DNA from: a virus
Lineage: Duplodnaviria > Heunggongvirae > Uroviricota > Caudoviricetes
DNA: 9,444 bases
Reading direction: 5' to 3' (one strand)
Virus record (IMG/VR): IMGVR_UViG_2648501797_000003
Span: 1 to 9,444 of that record
The notes under the pieces were generated by a model. It did not search any database. It saw only the letters and a list, made by a program, of their open reading frames with translations, and was not told the DNA's origin. Positions 1 through 5,340 of the stretch are shown here, piece by piece (within the stretch, counting starts at the first letter, position 1; every line of letters begins with the position of its first letter). A program made the position numbers and the translations under genes.

Positions 1-783
1 CTAAATCATCGCAATGCCGTAATGCTGCCTGATGCGAAATGGTCGCCGGAAACTTAAAACAGAAGCGGAAGTCATCTGTGGTCTGCTCACGCCAGCGCAG
101 GACAACCTCGGGTTCTCAACCGCGCCGATAACCTGTTTCTCTTCTGCGCTTAACGCCACCCAGAATTCCTGATACTTAACAGTTCCAAGGCGTGCGGCAG
201 ACTCGCCTTTTGCGATCAGTTCCGGGCGGCGATCATCCGATTCATGCCCTACATGAACCTCTGTCGCACTCCCTTCAATGACACGTTCGGCTTCGTCCTG
301 ATCGAAGATGCCAGCAAACCCAAATGCGAGACGCGCACACTGGATCAGCGTCTTGTGACGAAGCATACGGGTAGGGTGGGACTGCCATGGCTGAGTGTTG
401 CGTTTGCACTCTCCCATGTACTCAGTAACGATGGTCGGGTGTGTGCGGTCTTTCCGGTATATCTTGCAGGTACACGCGCCTTCTTCCTTGTCGTAGGCAA
501 ACTCCATTCCATCAAACTGAGGATGTTCGTTGATGATTCGAGCCCAGCCGTCAACGCCGACTACAGGAACAATTCCACCTTTATCCGGGAATGCATAAAT
601 CTCTTTTGTCCACGGGTTCAGTCCGTACTGGTTGGCGACGATCAGCAGTGCCGTGAACTGCTCATCAGTGACATTCCCACCCTTAAATGCTGTATTTTTC
701 AGAGTGTTCATCAGGTCAGTTCCGGCATCCATGCCGAGGCGGGAGGCAAGCTTCCCGGCCATTGTAGAAAGTGCTGTGCTCAT
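1..783 (-). CDS. bet: Bet / Red-beta family single-strand annealing recombinase (260 aa)
   Basis: Translation from ATG at 783-781 (MSTALSTMAGKLASRLGMD...LLIVANQYGLNPWTKEIYAFPDK...VPVVGVDGW..RIINE..QFDGM...CTC.IYRKDR.HP...TE.M.EC.....PWQSHP.RMLRHK..IQCARLAFGFAGI.D.DEAER) is near-collinear with lambda Bet as I recall it. SD GAGGGG lies 6 nt upstream of this ATG. Stop TAG is at 3-1. The ORF-track start at 834 adds 17 residues with no homology and overlaps the upstream gene. Confidence 0.9.
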   Translation of the reverse strand: MSTALSTMAGKLASRLGMDAGTDLMNTLKNTAFKGGNVTDEQFTALLIVANQYGLNPWTKEIYAFPDKGGIVPVVGVDGWARIINEHPQFDGMEFAYDKEEGACTCKIYRKDRTHPTIVTEYMGECKRNTQPWQSHPTRMLRHKTLIQCARLAFGFAGIFDQDEAERVIEGSATEVHVGHESDDRRPELIAKGESAARLGTVKYQEFWVALSAEEKQVIGAVENPRLSCAGVSRPQMTSASVLSFRRPFRIRQHYGIAMI

Positions 784-799
784 AGAATTCCCCTCAAAG

Positions 800-1084
800 T
801 TAAAACGGGCAGCCGGTGCGGTGGTCCCAGTCATATTCCGCCTGGGCGTAAGCTACTGCCGAGATGAGATCGTTATATGCCTCGCCAGCTGCATCGCTGC
901 GGAGGCCTTCGTATGGGCTTTTGTCCATCGGCACAGAGAAGCGGAACAGGCCTGACGGCTCTTTCGGCAGGGCGTCGATAATTTCCTGCGCCCGATCGTC
1001 AATCCACTTTTGCTTCTCTTCGGTTAGCGACTGTTCAGCCCATTTCCTTTCTTCGATAGCGTCGTATGCGCGGTAGGCGTTCAT
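800..1084 (-). CDS. gam: Gam-like host-nuclease (RecBCD) inhibitor, 94 aa from ATG 1084 (GTG at 1090 also possible)
   Basis: N-terminus MNAYRAYDAIEERKWAEQ resembles lambda GamS MNAYYIQDRLEAQSWARHY; similar length (~95 aa), charged helical character, and position immediately upstream of bet as in lambda. Start sits 7 nt after the stop of the upstream gene with an SD-like GAGGUG spanning that stop. Homology is from memory. Confidence 0.6.
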   Translation of the reverse strand: MNAYRAYDAIEERKWAEQSLTEEKQKWIDDRAQEIIDALPKEPSGLFRFSVPMDKSPYEGLRSDAAGEAYNDLISAVAYAQAEYDWDHRTGCPF

Positions 1085-1091
1085 AAGCACC

Positions 1092-2063
1092 TCAGTAACT
1101 GATACCGGTATGGGGAATGCGGCCGTCTTTAACCGCTGTAAGCACCTCGATAGCCTGATCCCGAGTAAGGCTGGTATTGGCCAGAAGAGCTTTGACGATT
1201 TCAGTGCCTACAGCCTTGCGGTGCTTAACGTCGGCTTCGCGGCGAGCCTGCTCATCGGCTTTACGTTTCTCCTCAGCCAGGCGGGCCTGTTCGCGTTGCT
1301 CTGCCTCGCGGCGGATGCGATCGGCTTCTTCCTGAGCTTTGCGGCGCTCCGCTTCGATAGCGGCCTGCTTGTCAGCCTCAGCTTTCTTCTCGGCTGCAAT
1401 GCGATCTCGCTCTGCCTGCTCAGCTTGTGCTTTCAACACAGCTTCGCGATGCGCCGCTTCTTCACGTTCACGCGGTGCGCGCTGCTCAACTTCTCGGGCT
1501 GCTGCGGCGGCTGCCATTCGCTTAATTTCTTCTTCATGGGCAATGCGCTGGCGCTCAGCCTCAGCTGCTTTATCTGCCTGCTCTCGGTCGAAAGCGTCAT
1601 TCATCAGCATGGCCATTTCGTGGTCAGACTCAATCCGAGCTGCCAGCTGCCGATCGAACTCTTCATTCATGGCCAGTGCTTCGACGTGAAGGGCGTTCAT
1701 GGCTTCTTCGGCCTTAATGCGTTCCTGCTCCGCCTCCCATTCGGTCAACGGGCGACGCACTTCATCTTTCAGTGCATCGAGACGCTCACGGACAACGCGG
1801 CGGCTTTCATCAATCTGCTTTGGCAGCGCCTTCAGCTCAGCGACCAGGGCTTTACCTGCGTTGTCGATGTAGGTTTTAGAGCGCGCGACCTTGTGAGCCA
1901 TGGATGCGATAGCATCGCGGCCTTTTTTGGTGGTCACGTCCGGCACCAGACTGCGAGCCTCTTTTTCGATCGCTTCGATAAGCGGATCGAGTTGGTCGTT
2001 ATTGGTGAAAACCGCCATCGCGTTCTTTTTCTCGATGACGACTAAATCCATTATTTCGCTCAT
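1092..2063 (-). CDS. Hypothetical coiled-coil protein, 323 aa; structured N-terminal ~110 aa, then long Ala/Glu/Arg/Lys-rich low-complexity helical region
   Basis: Long ORF from ATG 2063-2061 with SD AGGGGA about 5 nt upstream; stop TGA at 1094-1092 directly abuts the gam-like start. Central region is repetitive (AEAERQRIA..., AAAAAARE..., KAQAEQAERDRIAAEKKAEADKQAAIEAERRKAQEEADRIRREAEQ). The antisense frames are open only because of this GC-rich repetitive coding. Family not recognised. Confidence 0.75.
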   Translation of the reverse strand: MSEIMDLVVIEKKNAMAVFTNNDQLDPLIEAIEKEARSLVPDVTTKKGRDAIASMAHKVARSKTYIDNAGKALVAELKALPKQIDESRRVVRERLDALKDEVRRPLTEWEAEQERIKAEEAMNALHVEALAMNEEFDRQLAARIESDHEMAMLMNDAFDREQADKAAEAERQRIAHEEEIKRMAAAAAAREVEQRAPREREEAAHREAVLKAQAEQAERDRIAAEKKAEADKQAAIEAERRKAQEEADRIRREAEQREQARLAEEKRKADEQARREADVKHRKAVGTEIVKALLANTSLTRDQAIEVLTAVKDGRIPHTGISY

Positions 2064-2312
2064 GGTTTCCCCTGAAATTTGGTTGTAAGAATCCCGGCAC
2101 CGTATTGGCTGCCTGATAGCTCAGTTAAATTCGTGCGCTGATATCCGGGTTTATATTGCCTGGGAGTCATTAATCAATCTGGCGTGGAGTGCGATTCGTG
2201 GCTAAATCCCCCGCCGAACGCAAAGCCGCGCAGGAGGTAAAGATCTGTTTGGCTGGAAGTGAGGGCGTGGTAATGTGTTTACCTATTCTTCATTTGCTTA
2301 GGTGGCGTGAAA
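2064..2312. promoter_or_regulatory. Divergent intergenic control region between the leftward recombination operon and the rightward small-ORF operon
   Basis: 249 bp non-coding between divergent gene starts (2063 minus, 2313 plus). Candidate leftward sigma70 promoter: -35 TTGATT (revcomp of 2172-2177), 16-nt spacer, -10 TATAAA (revcomp of 2150-2155). Short repeated motifs TTGSCTG (2105, 2156, 2249) and GGCGTG (2181, 2265, 2303). Promoter calls are by eye only. Confidence 0.35.
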
Positions 2313-2510
2313 ATGCTGTATACAGTGACGTTCAATGAGACAGAGCGGAAGGAAGATATTGAACTTAGCGCGGATGTCAGGGCGGGTGATTTGCTGTCAT
2401 TAACGCTCGATGGCGTGAAAGATGACTACACGGTGATGACAGTAGGCGGTCCTATCATTGGCAATACCTGTGTCCCATCAATAATCCGGGTAAAAAAAGC
2501 TCAGAAATAA
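2313..2510 (+). CDS. Hypothetical small acidic protein (65 aa from ATG 2313; ORF track starts at GTG 2307)
   Basis: ORF with SD AGGTGG (2300-2305) 7 nt upstream of ATG 2313; first gene of the rightward operon. No helix-turn-helix evident, so not obviously Cro-like. Confidence 0.5.
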   Translation: MLYTVTFNETERKEDIELSADVRAGDLLSLTLDGVKDDYTVMTVGGPIIGNTCVPSIIRVKKAQK

Positions 2511-2519
2511 TAATGTATA

Positions 2520-2546
2520 ATCCCCTCCACAGCAGAGGGGATTTTT
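2520..2546 (+). terminator. GC-rich hairpin with short U-tract (terminator-like) that sequesters the SD of the next gene
   Basis: 8-bp perfect stem ATCCCCTC / GAGGGGAT (2520-2527 with 2535-2542), 7-nt loop CACAGCA, then TTTT immediately followed by ATG 2547. The 3' arm contains the GAGGGG Shine-Dalgarno of the 2547 ORF. Confidence 0.45.
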
Positions 2547-2729
2547 ATGACAAACAAAAAAATGACACCTGCCGAAAAGCTCAAAGCTTCGCGGAAGCGG
2601 TATAAAAAAATCTGGCTTCAACTGGATATCGCTAACGCCAAGCGATTTGGCGAGAAAGAAGTGCTTTCCGTTGACACCTACAGATCGCCCTATGAAACGC
2701 GCAAGAAAAGAGGAAGGACAGCAGATTGA
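2547..2729 (+). CDS. Hypothetical small basic protein (60 aa), possibly nucleic-acid binding
   Basis: [42 protein letters not shown]...; Lys/Arg-rich; a beta-strand-then-helix pattern ([14 protein letters not shown]) is compatible with a ribbon-helix-helix fold, but this is a guess. Confidence 0.5.
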   Translation: MTNKKMTPAEKLKASRKRYKKIWLQLDIANAKRFGEKEVLSVDTYRSPYETRKKRGRTAD

Positions 2730-2989
2730 CAACATCATCCTGGAACATAGCAGCCAAATCGAAAGACGAGCAGGACAAAGTCAACGTTGACCTCGCCGCG
2801 TCCGGCGTCGCTTACAAAGAACGCCTGAACATGCCGGTTGTCGCCGAAGTGGTGGCCAGACAACAGCCTGAACACCTGCGGGACTACTTCATGGAGCGCG
2901 TCCGCTACTACCGCGAGCAGAGCATCCAGCTTCCCCGCGCATCCGATCCGCGCTATCTGGAAATGGCTGAGCAGAACGCCAAGAAATAG
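2726..2989 (+). CDS. Hypothetical protein (87 aa) with putative TTG start overlapping the upstream stop (TTGA)
   Basis: ORF in track; strong SD AGGAAGG (2711-2717) 8 nt upstream of TTG 2726; the first in-frame ATG (2831) has no SD. Confidence 0.45.
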   Translation: MTTSSWNIAAKSKDEQDKVNVDLAASGVAYKERLNMPVVAEVVARQQPEHLRDYFMERVRYYREQSIQLPRASDPRYLEMAEQNAKK

Positions 2990-3095
2990 CGATTTCCTCG
3001 CCTATGCTCATTTTGCTTTTATCCCCGGGAGGGGCGATAATTACTTAGTCAGTCTGGACAACTGACAACTTTACCCCGGCGCCAAGTGGGGACAC

Positions 3096-3563
3096 ATGGC
3101 GCAAACACTGCAATTTGAGAAAAGTTATCAAAACGTACTGATTCCCGCAGAGCCGGGAACCAGCGAATACCTGCAACTTATCCCCGTAGGGCAACTGCTT
3201 TGCGGTGAGTTCCGCAAGCCCAGGAATTACGCATTCCACAAGAAGTTCTTCAAACTTCTGACTCTCGGGTATCACTACTGGACGCCTTCCGGTGGTCTCA
3301 TTGAGCCCGCGGAGCGTACCCTCATATCCGGTTTTATCGACTTTCTCTCATCCGACCTCGATCAGCGCGCTGCACTCCAGAACGCCGCGGAGATGTATCT
3401 CTCCTCGGTCGGTATATCCCGTTCCCGCGATATGGCGCTGCTGAAACACTTCGAATCCTTCCGCGAGTGGGCAACCATTCAGGCTGGCTTTTATGACGAA
3501 TACCAGATGCCTGACGGCAGCCGTCGTCGTGTCGCAAAGTCGATCTCCTTTCTGGCTCGATGA
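3096..3563 (+). CDS. Hypothetical protein (155 aa), nin-region-like position
   Basis: ORF with ATG 3096 preceded by GTGGGGA. Sequence feels like a conserved enterobacterial prophage protein of unknown function (possibly a DUF-type family), but I cannot name it reliably. Confidence 0.6.
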   Translation: MAQTLQFEKSYQNVLIPAEPGTSEYLQLIPVGQLLCGEFRKPRNYAFHKKFFKLLTLGYHYWTPSGGLIEPAERTLISGFIDFLSSDLDQRAALQNAAEMYLSSVGISRSRDMALLKHFESFREWATIQAGFYDEYQMPDGSRRRVAKSISFLAR

Positions 3564-3650
3564 CCAGCAGGTTGACTACTACAGCGTGAAGAGAATGCCT
3601 GTCGTCAAAGGTGGGCGGCTTGAGCTAACCATTACCGAAATGGAGTCCGC

Positions 3651-3791
3651 ATGAGCCGTGACGTTATCGAACGCATCCGCGACCGCTGGCAAAAGCTTCG
3701 CCTCCTGCGTAGCCGCGGCACCGTGCTGGTCGACTACAAAATATTACGCAATTTCGTCCGTATCTATAAGCGCCTGGGAGAAGCAGCATGA
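3651..3791 (+). CDS. Hypothetical small Arg-rich protein (46 aa), below the ORF-track length cutoff
   Basis: ATG 3651 with SD GGAG (3642-3645) 5 nt upstream; translation MSRDVIERIRDRWQKLRLLRSRGTVLVDYKILRNFVRIYKRLGEAA; its stop TGA (3789-3791) overlaps ATG 3788 of the next gene (ATGA coupling). Confidence 0.35.
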   Translation: MSRDVIERIRDRWQKLRLLRSRGTVLVDYKILRNFVRIYKRLGEAA

Positions 3792-4477
3792 CAGCTCAAT
3801 ACTTGGAATTTGTTCGCCAGCAGCTGATAGTGGCCACCGCCGATCTGAGTGGTGCGACGAAAGGGCAACTGGTAGCTCTTGCAGAGAACGCGCAATTTAC
3901 CGCTACGGCGCGCAGCCGTGGCCGGAAGAAGGTGTATAGCGAGGTGAAGCAAAAAATGGTTAACCCGGATGGACCGCCGATGAGCGGCAGCCAGTCCCGC
4001 GCTAAGGGTTCCTCAATCGCTCTCGTTCTGCCCGTTGAATACTCGACAGCCAGCTGGCGTCGCGCCCTCCTGTCGCTGGAAGACCACCAGAAATCCTGGT
4101 TGCTGTGGAACTACAGCGACAATATCCGCTGGGAGCACCAGGAGACGATAACCCGCTGGGCATGGGAGCAATTCAGCGACAAGCTGGCCGGTGTGCGCAT
4201 TGCAAAGAAAACAGTCGATCGCCTCCGTCAACTTATCTGGCTGGCCGCACAGGACGTCAAAGCCGAGCTGGCAGGACGGGAGACGTATGAATACCAGTCG
4301 CTGGCGGAGCTGGTTGGTGTAGCAAAGTCCACATGGACAGAAACCTACCTCCCTCATTGGCTGGCGCTGCGCAGCAGTTTTGTGAAGCTTGATAGCGACG
4401 CTCTCATGGCGGTAACGCGATCACGTTCACAACAAAAGGCGTCAAATTTAGATGTAAGTCTTGCAAAACCGAACTGA
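3788..4477 (+). CDS. Hypothetical protein (229 aa); candidate late-gene regulator (Q-like by position only)
   Basis: ORF with SD GGGAG 7 nt upstream. It is the last early gene, immediately upstream of a promoter-terminator-tRNA arrangement like lambdoid Q-pR'-tR'. It has no cysteines, so it is not a lambda-Q-type zinc-finger protein. The functional call is inference. Confidence 0.55.
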   Translation: MTAQYLEFVRQQLIVATADLSGATKGQLVALAENAQFTATARSRGRKKVYSEVKQKMVNPDGPPMSGSQSRAKGSSIALVLPVEYSTASWRRALLSLEDHQKSWLLWNYSDNIRWEHQETITRWAWEQFSDKLAGVRIAKKTVDRLRQLIWLAAQDVKAELAGRETYEYQSLAELVGVAKSTWTETYLPHWLALRSSFVKLDSDALMAVTRSRSQQKASNLDVSLAKPN

Positions 4478-4489
4478 AAGGCATATATT
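4461..4489 (+). promoter_or_regulatory. Candidate sigma70 promoter (pR'-like late promoter)
   Basis: -35 TTGCAA (4461-4466), 17-nt spacer, -10 TATATT (4484-4489), overlapping the stop codon of the 229-aa gene; predicted start near 4496, about 50 nt upstream of the terminator hairpin. Confidence 0.35.
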
Positions 4490-4544
4490 TCATGTAAATC
4501 TGATATCGTCGCCATAGCTTCGATTGTCGACACATAAAGAATTC

Positions 4545-4578
4545 AAGCCCGAGGTTAACGCCTTGGGCTTTTTCATTT
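4545..4578 (+). terminator. Intrinsic terminator (tR'-like)
   Basis: 10-bp stem AAGCCCGAGG / CCTTGGGCTT (one G-U pair), 6-nt loop TTAACG, followed by TTTCATTT. Confidence 0.6.
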
Positions 4579-4580
4579 CA

Positions 4581-4655
4581 GGGTCAGAAGCACAGCGGTT
4601 GTGCGTTCGGCTGTTAACCGAATGGTAGAAGGTTCGAATCCTTCCTGTCCCGCCA
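4581..4655 (+). tRNA. tRNA-Asn (anticodon GUU)-like gene, 75 nt including encoded CCA
   Basis: Hand-folded cloverleaf: acceptor 4581-4587 with 4645-4651 (6 bp plus one T-T mismatch), D-stem GCAC/GTGC, anticodon stem TTCGG/CCGAA with loop CTGTTAA (anticodon GTT at 4613-4615), 5-nt variable loop, T-stem GAAGG/CCTTC with canonical T-loop TTCGAAT, discriminator G, CCA. Non-canonical A at position 8. Confidence 0.6.
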
Positions 4656-4661
4656 AATAAT

Positions 4662-4732
4662 GGCCTGACCTGATGACGGGCTCATAATCCAATCCATCAG
4701 GGGCGCTGCTGCAACAGCGTCACAGGCCGCCA
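4662..4732 (+). other. Degenerate tRNA-like remnant (possible decayed tRNA with CAU-type anticodon loop motif)
   Basis: GGCCTGA (4662-4668) pairs with ACAGGCC (4722-4728) and is followed by G-CCA. Inside are a 7-bp hairpin (4669-4675 with 4695-4701) whose loop contains CTCATAA, and a 5-bp hairpin CGCTG/CAGCG (4704-4719). No D-arm and no canonical T-loop. Confidence 0.25.
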
Positions 4733-4789
4733 GACCAAGCCTGGGTATTTTCGGTCATCACCGACATTGCTATTACCCTCATGCTTATT

Positions 4790-4818
4790 GCCTGCCTAAC
4801 CGCAGGCTTTTTTATTTT
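4790..4818 (+). terminator. Intrinsic terminator
   Basis: 6-bp stem GCCTGC / GCAGGC, 6-nt loop, followed by TTTTTTATTTT. Confidence 0.6.
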
Positions 4819-4920
4819 CAGGGTCGCGGGAATCACCCTCGACGCTTTGTTGGTAAATCAGCCCGACGGCCCTGACCTTCTCACACACAGCTTCCCGATC
4901 TTTCATCGGAGGCGGTAACT

Positions 4921-5340
4921 ATGGCTAAGCGTATGCAAGACAAAGAGAGCATTGCCGGGATGTCCTGGCTGGTTCTGCTGATCATTGCTGGTTGGGGCGG
5001 CCTTGTCCGATTCCTGATGGATGTAAAGCAGGGCAAAGCAAAATGGAGCTGGATAAATGCTTTTGCGCAGATTGTGGTTTCGGCTTTTACCGGGGTTATT
5101 GGTGGGCTCATCAGCATTGAAGGTGGCCTGAGTATTTACATGATACTGGCCACTGCCGGTGACCAGGTTAACAGCGAGCTATGGTGGGCGATTCAGAACG
5201 GTTATATGACGGTTAAAGCCGCAGGGGTTCGTGTCCGTGAAATAGAGACCGTCAGTGATGGTTATCAGTTTTTTGGCTTCGATATCGAAAATGACTATAT
5301 CGCTGGCTTCGACCGCGGGTCATGGGGAGAGAGATTTTAA
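4921..5340 (+). CDS. Holin-like small membrane protein (139 aa) with dual-start motif
   Basis: SD GGAGG (4908-4912) 8 nt upstream of ATG 4921. N-terminus M-A-K-R-M (Met1 and Met5 separated by Lys-Arg); hydrophobic helices around residues 11-33 and 43-79; charged C-terminal region. First gene after the late promoter/tRNA region, where lambdoid holins sit. Confidence 0.6.
   Translation: MAKRMQDKESIAGMSWLVLLIIAGWGGLVRFLMDVKQGKAKWSWINAFAQIVVSAFTGVIGGLISIEGGLSIYMILATAGDQVNSELWWAIQNGYMTVKAAGVRVREIETVSDGYQFFGFDIENDYIAGFDRGSWGERF

Noticed and set aside
784-834. Upstream in-frame extension of bet to the ATG at 834 (ORF-track start)
   Set aside because: Homology to Bet begins at MSTAL (ATG 783), which has a GAGGGG SD; the extension would overlap the 3' end of the gam-like gene by about 35 nt and adds non-homologous residues.
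244-955. Plus-strand ORFs 244..867 and 632..955, and minus ORF 345..554, overlapping bet and gam
   Set aside because: The minus strand here encodes a protein near-collinear with lambda Bet; the overlapping ORFs have no recognisable features and arise from the open antisense frame.
1110-2045. Long plus-strand ORFs (1110..2045, 1339..1689, 1900..2088) antisense to the coiled-coil gene
   Set aside because: They are reverse-frame artefacts of GC-rich repetitive Ala/Glu/Arg coding; translations are low-complexity Ser/Ala/Cys/Leu strings with no start context, and the minus-strand gene has a proper SD and coupling to gam.
2990-3095. Imperfect palindrome CCCCGGGAGGGG and tandem GACAACT-GACAACT in the 2990-3095 spacer
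   Set aside because: Too short and imperfect to call a terminator or operator; no U-tract. Could be a minor regulatory site but unsupported.
2478-3275. Minus-strand ORFs 2478..2738 and 3045..3275, and plus ORF 2838..3065
   Set aside because: They overlap SD-supported plus-strand ORFs arranged as a coupled operon; no RBS or promoter logic on the opposite strand.
3564-3650. Possible frameshifted C-terminal extension of the 155-aa protein (alternative frame open through 3562..3651)
   Set aside because: No slippery heptamer or obvious frameshift signal seen; the extension has no independent support. Would need comparison with homologues.
3658-3939. Plus-strand ORF 3658..3939 (93 aa, GTG start)
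   Set aside because: It overlaps, out of frame, both the SD-supported 46-aa ORF (3651..3791) and the start of the 229-aa gene; Ser/Ala/Cys-rich translation typical of an off-frame read. Kept as unlikely.
4013-4357. Minus-strand ORF 4013..4357 and plus ORF 4105..4290 inside the 229-aa gene
   Set aside because: Antisense or off-frame to a longer ORF with good SD and operon context; Cys/Pro/Arg-rich artefact composition.
4881-5117. Minus-strand ORF 4881..5117 overlapping the holin-like gene
   Set aside because: Antisense to an SD-supported gene with clear transmembrane character; no start context.
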